Assembly: GCA_973895155.1 (NCBI GenBank)
Contig: OZ316898.1
Coordinates: 12,301,559-12,365,558, forward strand
Length of the DNA stretch: 64,000 nt
Source of the DNA: Marsupella aquatica
Lineage: Eukaryota; Plantae; Marchantiophyta
Direction of reading: 5' to 3'
Shown here: positions 38,345-52,146 of the stretch, in pieces
Layout: each line of letters starts with the position of its first letter
Numbering within the stretch: the stretch's first letter is position 1
Made by a program: the position numbers and the translations under genes
Notes under the pieces: generated by a model
What the model saw: the letters and a program-made list of their open reading frames with translations, nothing else
Databases searched by the model: none
What the model was told of the DNA's origin: nothing

Positions 38345-40853
38345 TGGATACAAGGGCTTATGTGGAAGTAGTGGGCATTATATCTAGTTTAGAGATTTGA
38401 AGTGCAGGTAGATTGAAACATTAATTTGAAGAAAGTTCCCCCACAGGCACGTGTAGGACAATGAGTCCGCTTAGGTTGCCAGCTCGGATCATGAAGGAAT
38501 TCTGCTTCGTCCACTTGATTGCTGTTATTTTAGTTGGATTACGCTACCTTAATTAGAGGTGGGGAACTTGGAAGATTTCCTTTGATATCTTAGTTTTACA
38601 TACCATTCTGTGCCAGTTTTGAACTTCTTCGGCATCCGTGAGAAGTGCTGTAAAAATGATGGATGAAAGACCACCCGCCGTCAATAACTTCTGCCGAACC
38701 TGTAATGTTGCGATAGCAAATGAACTAGACGGAGACATAGGAGGTGGTGTTTAGCCGTGCTTGGATTTAAGTAAAAGTCCTCCATTGAGTCTTCAGAGTC
38801 TTGCTTGAACATTTCCAATCCTGGAAGGTATTCTTTTCCACTATGTCTGCCAACAAAGGTGAAGAGGCATGTTAAAAGTGTATGGTGAGACAATTTGGTG
38901 TCACATGGATGACACCCAATTGGCAGTTTAGCCTAGACAACAGCTATTCAAGACTTGAAACCTGCAATTTTCTCGCCAACTAGTAAAAAATGTTTGATTG
39001 AGCTACTGGACACCATAGAAGCTTCATCTTCCCAGTCAGATTTTCTCAAAATGAGTGAGGACATTTGTGCCACTTGATGTAGTTGTGGACCCTGTGACCT
39101 GGACCTTTTGGTAATATTGAGGTTTATGTCACTGTTCTAAGACTCCTAACAATTATAGAGCTGCCTGGCTCACAAGGAGTCGTATTCGTCTGAGGAATGG
39201 TCTACCCATTAAAATTTTTCAGATCCGTCCTAGAGAATTGTTCCCGTACTGGACTCTCTGGTGAGATGTCTTCAGAATGTCGCTTTGCTTGTAAGCGCTG
39301 TGGTAATTCTCATCCCAGTCAAGAGATCGAATTTCAGCTTTCTAAATGAATCGAGGACTCGAGCTGTCGGAGCTTTCAGATATCTGCAGGGTGGGTTGAG
39401 ACCATCTCAAGTAGAGCAGAATCTGCATTTCTAATAAATGCGAGCCTATTTCCCATTTCTGATAATTACGAGCCTATTTCCCAAGCACACACTGCTCCAT
39501 GGATACTATAAATACTTCTGATGCTGGAAACACCAAGAGTGGTGATCTTTAACCTTCTCTGTTTGCAGATACTCATGTGCAAACCCTGTTTTTGCCTTCC
39601 AACTGATAAAACCATATGTAAGGCCAGCAAAGAGGTGGGAAAGAACATTATTATGAATATATGTACATATACAAATACATGCCTATACACAAGGAGTATC
39701 CCATGAAGATCTAAGGGCTGGAGTGACTCATGGCAAATAAAATATTGGCACAACAGCATTGGCAAGAAATGCATATGAGATACTATTTGGGAGAAAACTT
39801 TTAAGTATACGATAAAGAGATCTAAATCTAGTCTTCAGGGCCCACTGTTTAGTGTAGAGCCTCTAGATTGTGAATTGGGGTATGACTGATGTTGAGGGTG
39901 CAAGTGCAAAATGGGGACTGGATGCAAAAGATGAATGTTGCCACACTGGTAATAAGTTTTCCCACATGTGACTTGTCCATGATAACTTATTCAGGTTTTA
40001 CCGGCCTTCGTGGCTTGTGGCCTGCTTGGCTTCCCCTCATCTGTGTGGTGTAAGTGGAATAAATGCTACACGCCATAACAAATTTCAGAGAAAAAAAATG
40101 TCACTGAGTCAATACTGACTTCGATAACAAGGTGGACCATTTGACCTTAGGACCCAAATGAACCAAACACTTTTTGACACCTGAAACTCTGAGAACTGAA
40201 TTGGAGAAAGTAGTTTACCCTTAGGACCTAAATGAACCAAACCCTTTGTTTGAGACTTGAAACGGTGAGAATTTACACAACAAAACGTTGAGATTTTCAT
40301 TCTTCAGGGGTAGAAACACACAAATGGCAAACTTTCATTCCACAAACGGAAGCACAGGAAACATTGAAGTGCCACTTGGCAGAGAACAGAATGCACTAGT
40401 TTATCCTTCCCAGACCCAAAGAGTCTCATGCCTCCAGCCAGCTGCAAAAAAGGTTGGTTGGAGAAATGTTCAGCTGATTCTACAAAAGCTCGTGATCGTC
40501 ATCCCTCCTAGCTCAAGCACGAAGAAACCCAGAGTTCCAGACTTCAGAGGTCTGTTCTTCAGTACGCTCATCAATCAGTTCAAGTGAATCCATCCTCGAG
40601 GGTGTTGCTCCAACCCACCCACGGCATCACCAGCAGTTGCACCGGGGGAGCGAATTTCAATATGTCGTCCGTCGTCAGTCCCTGTTTTGCAATGTGGGCT
40701 CTCTCTCTCCCTCTCTCTCTTCTCTCTCTCTGATCATTTACTTGACCGGTTGTTTAACCCAATTCACATCTCTCGTTCGTTGAGCCAGCTGATTGATAGA
40801 AAATGCTTTCTCCTCACTCATGTACTCTGAATTGATTGTTTCTAAGGTAATTG

Positions 40854-43800
40854 ATGGACGCATTGAGAGGCGCCTTCTCTCTGCTCTGCTCTGAAGAACA
40901 CACGTCTCTCCTAATTTTTCGAATTTGCTGTGCTTTGGATCGCAGGGCTCCGGTGTGTCGAGGAATGGATCTCAATAGAGGTGGAGCCTGTCGACCGCGC
41001 CGTAGCATTGCTCTGCTCCGGATTTCATGGGCAGGTATCGTGTGATCTTGACCACTGAGGTGTGGACTGAGTGGTCGTCTTTTCTCGCTGGGTTTTCGTT
41101 CTCAAGCTCAGAGGATTTCATTTCGATTCGCTAAGATGCTGCCCGCTCACTGTCGCATTCTTTTGGTGCGTTGAAGGTAACCGGAGTCTGAGATTTCCTT
41201 CGTCCCGGAGGATTCCGAATTGCTCTGCTCCACTTGCAAGGACGGAAAAGCATGCCCAATTTTGGTCATCAGCAAAGGTAAATCACAGACTGTACCTTGA
41301 ATCTTAGTCGGCTAATCTACAGATGTAGAAGGCAAATGAAATACTGAGGTCGCCTATTCACTATTCTAAAGTGTGATAATAGTGTTGCTCCTCTAAGGTT
41401 TCCCATGGTCTTGATTTCTTTACCGCAGTCCTTCTCTCATCTGATATGGATTCTGACACGATTTTGTAGACAACGAGATGCGATATCAGGAGTAAACCTC
41501 AAACCTTGGAAACCTGGTAAGTGTGGGACAAAATAACCATTTACGGTAGGTCCCTAGGGAATGAGTTCCGGAAAATTTTTGTCCTTAGGACTAGTGGACA
41601 CTAAATGTACTAGATGAGAAGTTCAAGACGAAAGGAGTTTTTAATTCAAAACTTGTATAGAGCCAGGAGAAGTTCAAGAGAAAAGGAGTTTGTAACTCAA
41701 AACATGTATAGAGCGTGATGCACTTCTGCTCTCTCTCCAACTCAATCCTAATAAGAAGGTTGCGAAGATGCTTCATATGTAAACTGCCGGGTACGTGAAA
41801 GAACCTACTATATTTGCTTCCCCAGGCTGAAATGTTGACCGATCCCAATGTGAATGAGCTAGGACGTCTTGATTGGGTATGTACTTCATAATAAACATTC
41901 CTTTGGGATCCCTTTCAGTAATGTACTAAGCAGTAGGTTTCCTTTGTTTGTTGGATTGCAAAAAGGTCTATGGAGGAAACTTATGATGCTTTGGCACAAC
42001 GGCTGCTGGAAACAGCAAGGACTCTTGGTTCACGTGAAAAGTACGAGTCCTATTCCTTACTCAGAGTTGTCGTCCCTGCTTGTAAACAGTGTGTTTCATC
42101 TATGCACGTCATCTGCCTCTACGATGCTAAGATCTACTGAAAGATTGGGAAAAGATATTGCAGTGGAACATCCAGCAATGCCTAGAACAATGGTTTAACC
42201 TCCAGACTTCCAGCTCCTGGCGAATGTTGTCCTGAATAGCATAGGTTCCCGCTGCAATCCACACAGTTCGTGTTTCTGGTTGTGGATGTGTTTCGGACTG
42301 TAGATCCTAAATTATTGCTATGTTTCATTCACAGACGAATTTTTGGTTTGCTAAGAGCATTTTCTCAGTATTCTTCTAAATGGTTGTGGTAACTGGTAAC
42401 TAAAATTATGAAATGTTGAAGGAACATTCTGGCTTGAATTGCCAGAATTGCATGACATCGGGGAAAAGTTAAAAAAAAGAAGTCACATACTGCCTATATG
42501 TCTTTGTATCTGGGTAGGTACATTGTTGGCTTAGCGGGTCCTCCAGGCGCCGGAAAATCGACAGTTGCTACTGAAGTGGTGGGAAGACTAAATAAGCTGT
42601 GGACCGAGGGAAGATCCGCATTAAAAAAAACAACTGATGTTTCTGTGGCAGTTCCTATGGATGGGTTCCATTTGTATCGGTGGCAACTTGATGCTATGGA
42701 CGTAAGAATTTCTTCGTTGTCCACTGGTTTCCTGCCTTTGCTCGTCTAACAACACTACCGTAAACATGAGTATGCATGTTCCTTAGCTTGGTAATAATTG
42801 TTGCTGCTCGTTGGTGATCACGGTGGAAATGTTCGCTTTGACAGGATCCAACTGAAGCTCATGCACGAAGAGGAGGTGTTTTCCCTTTCCTTTAAACACA
42901 CGTCTAGGTTCTAACAAGATTGTAGGACAATTCAGCATTCAGCATGTACAAATGTAGAAACTGGAATAAGGGAAATTCTTTGATTTGCAGTCAGAGTTCC
43001 TCAAGTGTTCAGTAGAAATGAAATGATAAGCTTGTGTTCATCGTTAGCAGGCCATTTTGGTGTTCTGGAGACATGTCGTGTTTGTAGGAATTTTTCGCTA
43101 CTCGAATATTCTGGCTGCTCACCCCTGTTTGTAACCTGCTGTTTGTTACTGCTTAGGCCCTTGCTAGCCTCGTTGGTGTATGTCTACTGCACTTGATTTA
43201 TGCTTGGACCTTTAAACTCGAGGGTTTTGGCTAACTTGATGGCTGTTGTTTTGTTTAGCCCCTTGGACATTTGATCCAGTCAGGTTGGTGGATTGTCTCA
43301 AGATCTTGCGAGAGAAGGTTAGTGGAGCTTTAGACTTATATGGCAAATATGTGGCAAGTATCTATTGTATGAAGAAGGGCTACAAATTAGGTTTTGACGA
43401 AAGTTACCTTGAGCCATTTACCTGGAGCCATTTAAATTGGTGGATAGTCTTCTCGCAAAAGAAGGTTGGCGGTTATTCAGAATTCACTGGGATATTTGTC
43501 GTTTCTTAAGACAGTCGAGGGGTTTGAGGTAAGTTATGGCGAGGACCCTATCAGTCTAGTTCTGCGTTTTAAAAGTCCATCCCGAGGATAAACCGTTCTG
43601 ACATGATTCACCTCTTTCATAACAATTTCAGGGTTCTGCGTCCTTCCCATCATTTGATCATGGTATGGGGGACCCTATTGAAGATGACGTCTATGTGGAA
43701 GACGGGTACCCTCTTAATCCCTTCATGTAGGGAAAAAATAGCCTCCTGTCACATCCTTTGGTGAGAGACTTCTGCCTAAGAATTTGCAAAATGGACGCGA

Positions 43801-44613
43801 CAATATAAAACAATGTACAGTTAAGTATAGTGATAGCAAGATCAAAGGATATGATTCTTTGGCACGTCTTTCTAAGGTATTGAGCCTCAGGGTTTTGTGG
43901 AATTGCGACAGGCATAAGGTGGTATTAGTGGAAGGCAACTATCTGCTGTTGACAGAGGGTGCATGGAATGATCTTGGTGACATGTTTGATGAGCGATGGT
44001 AATCTCGTACCGCCGCTAACAATTTTGGATGTTTCAGGATTTCTAAATGACAGGTTACCCACTTCGTTGCTGGCTTTGTTTAATAATGACACGGGTTTTA
44101 TTACTGAGCCGTTGGATTTGATTGTATTTCGTAAAATGTTCAGCTATTGAGAATTATGATTGAAACTTCTGCCAGGTTCGTTGAAATAGATCTCGATACA
44201 GCTATGGGCAGATTAGAAAGACGACACGTGCTTACAGGTAAAGAGTTAGTTCCTGTCACTTTATAGTATTAATTTAATGTCCCTTATTAATGGAACTTAT
44301 TCTAATCATTGATTTATTGTGGCAGGAAAACCCCCAGAACTTGCGAAGAGGCATGTAAGGACCTCCACCATATCTTGCATTGTTTAGGAATTTTCCTTCT
44401 TTTGATGTTGTATTGTCTTCTATGCTTAGGTCCTGTTGACACTGTCAGATGAAGTCAAGCAGAGCTGCTGTGTATGTGATCGTGACCACGCCTGAATATT
44501 TGTTCAACAAGCAGGTTGCATACAATGATCGACCAAATGCTGAACTAATTCAGCAGTCGAGATGGAATGCAGATCTGTGGATACAGTCAATTCCTGATCC
44601 AGTTGTAGCATAG
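40854..44613 (+). CDS. P-loop kinase of the uridine/pantothenate-kinase-like YFH7 (C227.14) family, with probable organellar transit peptide, ~12 exons
   Basis: Approximate exons: 40854-41034, 41177-41277, 41470-41516, 41966-42040, 42518-42701, 42844-42874, 43259-43317, 43631-43705, 43911-43998, 44175-44237, 44325-44354, 44514-44613. Motifs: YIVGLAGPPGAGKST (Walker A), VPMDGFHL, HARRGAPWTFD, PSFDHGMGDP, VLVEGNYLL, YNDRPNAELI. The first three exons are phase-consistent but less certain. Confidence 0.88.
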
Positions 44614-45781
44614 TGCTGAAATGTCAATAATGTATAATAAAGTACTCTATGTAAAGCGCAGGACTTTGATCAGTAGGTTTGAAGCTAGATTACAGCTACT
44701 ACCTGTTCCACGGTGTAGGGAGAATCCCACACCATTCTGCAAGATTGGAACATGCATAGGTGACATTAAAACACTTATAGCATGAAACCTCAAGTGGATA
44801 GTTCTCTAAATACCTGTGACGGAACAGGAATCTGCAGCAATGGTGTGTGCATTATATTTGGATTAGGTAGGTCTTTTGCTGTCTACCAACAAAATTCTAT
44901 GCTGGTGTAAGAAGATATCATGGACATATTATGGGTGGTGTGTTTACCAGCATTGCTTGACCGTCCAGAGTCATATGGCAATTTGTATCTCCCTCAAACC
45001 ACGCTGTAATGAGGTTTCATACAGCATTTGGGAGCTATTTGATGCTACCTCGCTTGAATCTGAAAATAAGTCATGATTGCTTAGTCCGCAGCTGCATACT
45101 AATCTGAGATTCAATCCTTGGGGGCTTTGTTGGTCTTGTGGGCGAGTTAATGAAGAGAACACATCAAATAAGGTCCTCCCTACAGAATGGCGTGTCGCAT
45201 GGAGCCCAATAAATGGAACTGGCCACAAGTTATCTGGATTTTGACACAAAGCTCACTTCTATTGAGTTTAGCTCTGTAAGCACTAAATTCAATTCTCTTT
45301 TATTCCACTAGCTCATAACTCCTACCTTACAAATGGACACAAGCTTTACCACAGACCTCATTAAGTAATTTCAATGGGAAGTGAAGCATGTACTTGGACT
45401 GCAACCTTGTCCATTCAATTATTTTTGATCAACCATATCATTCCATAACGTGGTTACTTCGGCTGAAAAAACAAAACCTTTCATTTTGAGGTTTATTTGA
45501 GCTCTTCTTTGCAAGAACGATACAGTGACCAACTTGGCAGGTCCGCCCGTTGCCCAATGGCACCGCATAAGAGGAAACGTGTCAATCATGCGACGCCCAG
45601 TCGCCACTTGGCGTCCGCGGTCCAATCAGGAGTAGCGTAACTCCTCCCCCATTGGAGAACATCATGGGAACATTTTTACCCTATTGGGTCCTCCGGTGAT
45701 ATATGATTGAACGCATTCCAAATGTCTGGAAGATTTGGAAGACTCGAGCAATGATGGTGGTACGCTCGCTCGTTACACTAT

Positions 45782-46262
45782 TGGGAGAGAAAGAATCGAA
45801 CGAAACTGATTTGGGCAGGTTCGTATCTCGTAATCTCCCGTGCTTATGAGGTAATTTGCTAGCATTTGATCACCAGTTCAGCCGTGCTCTGCGGATAGGA
45901 TTTAGAGAAGGGGGCAGGTTCGCAATTTCCTTTGCTTGTGAAGCTGGGAGAGAAAGAATCGAACGAAACCGAAGTGGGCAGGTTTGTAACTTGTAATTTC
46001 CCGTGCTTATGAAGTAGTTTGCTAGCATTTGGTCACCAGTCATCCGTGCTCTGCGGATAGGATTTAGAGAAGGGGGCAGGTTCGCAATTTCCTTTGCTTG
46101 TGAAGTTGGGAGACACGGAGAATCGAACGAAACTGAAGTGGGCAGGTTTGCAGGTCGTAGTGTCCCTTGCTTGTGAAGCAGTTTGGCAGCATTTGATCAC
46201 CAGTTCACCAGTGCTCTGCGGATAGGATTTAGAGGTGCTTGGGCAGGTTGGTTCGCAATTGT
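45782..46262. repeat. ~163-bp tandem repeat x3
   Basis: Units begin TGGGAGA...GAATCGAACGAAAC at ~45782, ~45945 and ~46107. They share GCATTTG.TCACCAG and GTGCTCTGCGGATAGGATTTAGAG...GGGCAGGTT. Confidence 0.9.
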
Positions 46263-46795
46263 GATTGCTCCTCTAAGGCATTTTGGCAGAATCTGATCTG
46301 ATTAACCCTGCATGTGTGAAGTGTTCGATCTGCGGATGTAAAAGCCACAATATTCATTCGGTATTGGAATTTGGTGACGCAGCTCAGCACCATCGGGCGG
46401 AAGAGTTGCATGATCTGACCTCGTCGTCTGGGAATTGAGAAGGAAGCTGCTTGGATTGCATAGGTCTTGAGGGATAGACAAGGAATCGATTTGGGCGGCA
46501 GAAGGACAAACAGGTTGGAGTAGAACGGGGTTAGCCGGGCAGAGGTGGGGTTGAGGATTGAGTGGAATAGGCTGGGAGCTTGAAACACTTGGTCTGCATT
46601 TGTCTTTCGTTGTTGAGGAGGAACGACAGCCTGGACGACAGCTTGGAAAGAACCTCTCTGGCTTAGCTTTTGGGGCGCTTGTTCTCAATTTGGCTTTGGG
46701 GAGGTGATTTTGGACGACTGCGAAGGCAGGATCGATATTTGGGTAATTTGAGTTCAACAAAACTTGAATCCTCGGGCTAGGTTTGCCGTTTCAGG

Positions 46796-48299
46796 ATGAT
46801 GGGTAAAGTCAGTGCGCTGGTGGTGCGCAGTCTACGACTGTCGACCTCCGAGTTGGGCAGTATAAGCCAGAAAGGATTCGAGCGGGATCATCGGATTATG
46901 GTGAGTTTTCTGACTCCTACAGTTTCTGTACTTGGAACCGTTTCACAAAACGTTTATGATCTTTGTAGTAGAAATTGTGGTATCTAGCTGCACTGCCGGA
47001 TCTCTAAAAGGGGATCAGCATCATCGTCTGTGGAATCGAATCGAGGCCACTGAAAAGATGACTGGGGGTGCTATAATTGTGCCGCTCGATCAATACTGGT
47101 CTTAGTCACCAGTATCATTATCACCGGCGTTCATAAAATTTTACGAAACAATTCGGAGATGGAAATTCCTGTTGTCCTTGAGCTGCAGAGAGACGAGAGA
47201 AAGTGCATCATATACTTCACTAGGTAGATCCTCTTTCTTGACTTTTGAGTGCGAAAATTGGAGGTATATTATTTCGACGGGAAGAGATGCCTTTCCAAGC
47301 TTCACAACTGAGAGCAGTTCTTCCAGTAAGATTTCTCCTTTTTGACTTTTGAGAGATAAAACTGAAGGGATACCAACGGACAGAAGCATAGTATATACCT
47401 AGATTGGGTGAGATGCCTTCCAAGCTTCTGGCAAACCAACGATATTTCATTTAAGTGCAGACCGTGTAATTCGTTTCTCTGTCGGTGTGGATACGTGTGC
47501 TGAATTGTGCAACCTGTGCTGAATTGTGCGACCTGCTTCTCAGAATTTCAACTATAGAATTATCGTCGTCTTGACAGTCCCTACCTCTGACTAGTCATGC
47601 GTAGTGGTTTAGAGTTTGTTACAGAGAGCACGACTCTCGTCATGGGCTTGTACGTTCCTGATTTCTCCATTTCCAGTCTAGTGTTGCGTAGTTGGATGGC
47701 ATCCTTCCAATCAAGATGATGGGAATGAATTCATTGAGCCCATTTCATTCATTCATTGAGCCCATTTCATTCATTCATTTGATCGAGAGAGGTGTCGCGA
47801 AATGATTGGGAACTATTTGGGTTGGCGTGAAGGCTGGCGGGTACGTAGGTTAACCGCAATGGTACTTATCAGTCATTGAATCTTAGTGAAGGCACGGAAG
47901 ATTGATTGTTGTACTTGCGTCGACCTGTCGTTGGCTCAGGATTCGCTCCGACATTACAGCCAAAGCTCCACGTCGGGCTGGGGCACGGGAGAGCCTCTTG
48001 AAGAGGATACACAGGAGCGGGGGGTTAGTCCTTCATCCACTGGCACTGCGGAGAAGCCCAGTGGCAGACACAGTGAACCCACCTCCGCATCGGGCCTCGA
48101 CACAGGAAGCGAAGTAGGAGGAGGTGAGCAGAAGCAAGCGCCGGCGACGCAGCAGTCCAGGACCGGCGGAGACATGTCGGACGAGGGTCAGGTTCACACT
48201 CCAAACCTTCAGAAGATGCGTAGCACTCGCGACATCATCGACAGTGCGGGCAAAGAGAAGGAGGAGCGATTGGCATCGGAGAAGAAGAGCCCTACTTAA
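46796..48299 (+). CDS. Hypothetical 154-aa hydrophilic protein (2 exons), possibly organelle-targeted, LEA-like composition
   Basis: Exon 46796-46900 (MMGKVSALVVRSLRLSTSELG...HRIM|GTGAGT) joins in phase 0 to exon 47940-48299 (CTCAG|DSLRHYSQSSTSGWGTGE...EKKSPT*). The second exon is S/G/E/T/Q-rich with no Cys. I recognise no family. Confidence 0.6.
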
Positions 48300-50459
48300 T
48301 TAGATCTGCTCTTTCAGCAAGTTTTTTTTGTTCTGAACGTCTTCGACCAGTGGGGCCACTCTCCCAGTCGTGCGATGAACTTCATAATTTACTACGTTTC
48401 CCTGGGAGCACCTGTTGTCATCTCTTGTAACCACAACAACAGTCTACACCTGTGAACTTCCAACTTATACGAGGCGGTGAAGTCTGTTTTGTAAGCTGAG
48501 TATTGTTGCTCTTGACAGGCTGACAGCGTCTACATTGAGAGAAACTCAACTATTCAGCTCGAGTAGCAATAACTTAACCCGAAATTGGGGAGGCAGCTCC
48601 GTGATCGTTAGCTTGCTTGAGCTGTTATGTCCTAAACGTTGCCAGGATTGGCCCCGCAATGGTATGTGTACGATATCACCCTGTGAAGGGGGTGTTCACG
48701 AATTTAAGCCACTGGATGACGTCTTCAAACGATCACTTCAGATAGCGACAGTGTTACCTTTTCGTCTCACCAGGAGTCCTTATAATACATCCGCCAGTCT
48801 GGCCTGTGTGTTATGAAATGCTCTATGATTCTGTAATATAATCTATCCAGCAAATACAATAGGAAATGTCCGGAGTGGTTAAGTGACGCTTCACTCGGTA
48901 GTATGTTGTGGAGGTCGCCCAAGTGAACGCTGGTGAAATGGGATTCCATCCTATATATGGTCTTAGCTTGGAAGAGGGGCATTCGTGGAATGTGATGGAG
49001 GGATAACAGTAGTGATGATGATAGTTGTTCATAAATATTGTCTGTTACGTAGCCATGGCAAAACTTTGATACGACTAGTTAAAACCTTCCGTTGCTCGTT
49101 GGTTCATCAATTCCGATCGTTTACTTGGCGAAGTTATCAATTACAGTACACACTCTGTTTTGGTGGTCGAGCTAAACAGTAGTGAAGCAGTAGATAGCCC
49201 CAGACATGGACTGAACTGACTATGATGGGAGGTTATCTGGTTTGTGAGTTGCGCGGTCTCTGAACATAAGCACATGGAGTTGGGGTCCCAGCTTGCACGA
49301 TGAAAGCATGCCATCGGTTTTCGCAGAAAAACCTGTTACTTTTGTGTGTGCATGCACTCCCTTGTGGAGTTGACACTTGCTGTTTCACTTTTTTCAGAGA
49401 TTGCTCTGCGAACCCGGGAGAAATTGCACTAGTTTACATTCAGACCTTGAACATGAATGTGTTGTCGACCTCCCTTTTCTCAGCTGTACTCCCTTGGGAG
49501 ACAATCTTTTTCAACTTATGTCTCTCATTCCTTTCCTGTACGTAAGACTTGAAACATGAACATTAATACTCTGAACCATTGTTCTGATCAAATTCCCAGG
49601 TTTAAAGGTTCAGTTGACAAAGCGGGATGTTTTTAGCACACATTCAAGAAGTAGTCTTCAATCGTAATTGAATGTTGACCCTGCTCCTCATCACGGCGCA
49701 ATTCACTTTCTTCATGCGTCGTATTACCCAAGTGTCTTTGCTTTCAATGTGAATTTCGACTCTGGTCTGCATTACCTCTCAGTTCACTTTTTGCATGCTC
49801 AGTATTACCCAAGTTTCGTTCCCTTCAAATACTCTTTCTTTGCCTGAAATGTAGTTTTCAGTGTGGATGAAGCTGAAAATCTTCTCCTCATCACATGAAC
49901 AATTTAAAACTTGCCTGCACAACTCGAGGATCATAATCTGCCCCTACCAACAAATCTGTGAACTCTTTTAAATTGGCGAAGGCCAATTGCAAAGCGATTT
50001 TTTCTGAATATGACTGTGGCCCTGTCCAAGCTGAAGACAATTCTCCATCTCATTTCAAAACCTGTGTTTACCATCCACGGTTCCTCGAGAAACGTTCGTG
50101 TTCTTAACAAGGCTAAGTGGCGTGTTGGCTCCAATAAACTCCAACTGAAGGGTCTCGTCTACAAGCACTTCCCTTCTGTTGAAATCTGTTTGAAATCTAT
50201 TCGGAAAACTGTGCCTTCCAAATTTTTGCTTCCAGTCCTGATCCTATGTCTGTGTCTATGGTGGGTAGCTTGGAGGTGCGAGAGTCAGTTGTTCTGATTC
50301 TTTGGTAGACAGCATTTCTTTAGAGCCATAAAGCACTCAGTACTTCGTCAGGCCCGAATCTACAAGGTCACATCATTCATAGGAGCTTTGGCTTGAAATT
50401 ATGGACAAGGTTGGCATAGTAGATGAGGGTAGTGATTGGAATGTGGGTACACTCTTCAG

Positions 50460-51700
50460 TGTAATTAGTTTGACTAACACTAACTCGAGAGTGCCCATTT
50501 TCAGGATCTACTCGGGCGCAAATTAGTGTTAATCACACTAATTTTGTGCTACCATGATTTTCTTGCACATGAATTAGTGTTATGGTGGTCTTAAGAGTGG
50601 AAAAATAGAGAGACAAAAACTACAGTATTTTGAAAAATCCAAAACAATTAGTGTTACTTTGGACTCAGGATCCTCCATGTTTTTGGAAGCAATTTAACCT
50701 AAAGTGGAAAAAATTGTTTTGAAAACCCACAAATATTACTGTTATTTGGACTTAAAATCATTTGTAACAAAATTAGTGTTAATAACAATATTTTTGTACT
50801 AATATTAATTCTTGCATAACACTAATTACGATGAATAGTGTAATTTATAAACTATGTAAACTTATGTAGTTTCATAATTTAATTGGTGGTTTTAACAAAT
50901 GGTCTTTGGTGGATTCTCTGCACAAATAGACCACATAGTGAGGAGTCTCCCAATTTCTTTTTGTTGTGATTAGTTGTCTCAAAGTGGCTTTTAAAAAACC
51001 GGGGCATTTGTGATTCTTACTCACCAATGCAAACTTGAGGTTTGGGAAATGTTTGGACCACCTCTCAAGAGGTAGTCTGAAATTCTTGTATCAGCAATTC
51101 CATGGGCGATTTCTATCAGCACTTGCCATGTAAGATGGGTGACACCATATGTGAATGGCCCCCCAGTTCTTGTAAACCCAGTGAGGCTTGACAAGAAGCG
51201 GGGCACTTCTGATATTTATTCACCACCACAAACTTGAGGTGTAGGAAATGTTTGGACCACCTAAATTCTCATGTCAGCATTTCCTTGGGCCATGCTATCA
51301 CCTCTTGCCATATAGAATGGGTGACACCATATGTGAATGGCCCCCTAGTTCTTGTAAAGCCAGTGACAGTGTCCGTGACTGGGCACCTCAGTTACTGTAA
51401 AGCCAGTGACACCAAATGTCAATGGGCCCACCAGTTCTTGCCAAGCCCACTGCAACCAGTTCCACTCATTAGACAGTCCAAATTTAATGTCAAAGGGAAT
51501 AAAAAGAAGCAATGGTGCTGGCCCCTAGTTTTTGTCAAGCCAGTGACACCATATATGATTGCACCCCCCAAGGTCTTGTAAACCCGATTGCAGCTAGTTC
51601 TACTCATTACAGCCCAAATTTGATATGAGAGGGAATAAAGGCTAAGCAATGGGCCCCATGTCTTGTAAACCCACCTTCACTAGTAGTCCCATGAATTCCA
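50460..51700. repeat. Degenerate short-unit repeat arrays, probably an old DNA-transposon remnant that hosts copia 1
   Basis: AATTAGTGTT/AACACTAATT units at 50460-50850. GTTCTTGTAAA.CCAGTGAC and GTGACACCATAT(G/A)TGA units at 51020-51700, including a ~185-bp duplication (~51020 vs ~51220). Confidence 0.5.
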
Positions 51701-51802
51701 CAAATAGCATTCAGCATCTTGAGCAATGATCACAATTTCTCTAGTGTGAAAGAACAAAAAAGCCCCTTTTGAAGCACATTTGAGTTCATTCCAAGAGTGA
51801 AA

Positions 51803-52146
51803 TGTTAGATATTGCTCTAGTCTTGTGATTCTTGTGCTAACCACAGTTAGGCTAACTCAGGTTAGGACCTAGCTAAGGTTAGCGGTAGTGCTGTTGTGCA
51901 TATAGCCAGGGCTGATGCCAGACCCTGGTGGAACAAAGGCTCATTGTTATGGAGCTAGTTGAGAGATAGGAAGAGCTTGTGCTGTGGGTGTTTGGTATGG
52001 CCGGTCGGCCTAGAGTGCAGTAAAGCTCTTGTGTGTTCCCGTGGACGTAGCCTCATGTGGAGGTGAACCATGTATCTCTCTGTGTTGACTATTGTGCGTT
52101 GGATGGTTCATGGGCTTGCCGTTACGAATGTCGTCTATGCTAAACA
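51803..52146 (+). repeat. 5' LTR of copia 1
   Basis: TGTTAGATATTG...ATGCTAAACA, followed by the PBS. Confidence 0.95.

Noticed and set aside
38553-39060. Possible pseudogene fragment on the - strand
   Set aside because: Short broken frames with no family I can recognise.
47141-47450. Nested antisense ORFs in the orphan gene intron
   Set aside because: Short, overlapping in different frames, and without motif or splice support.
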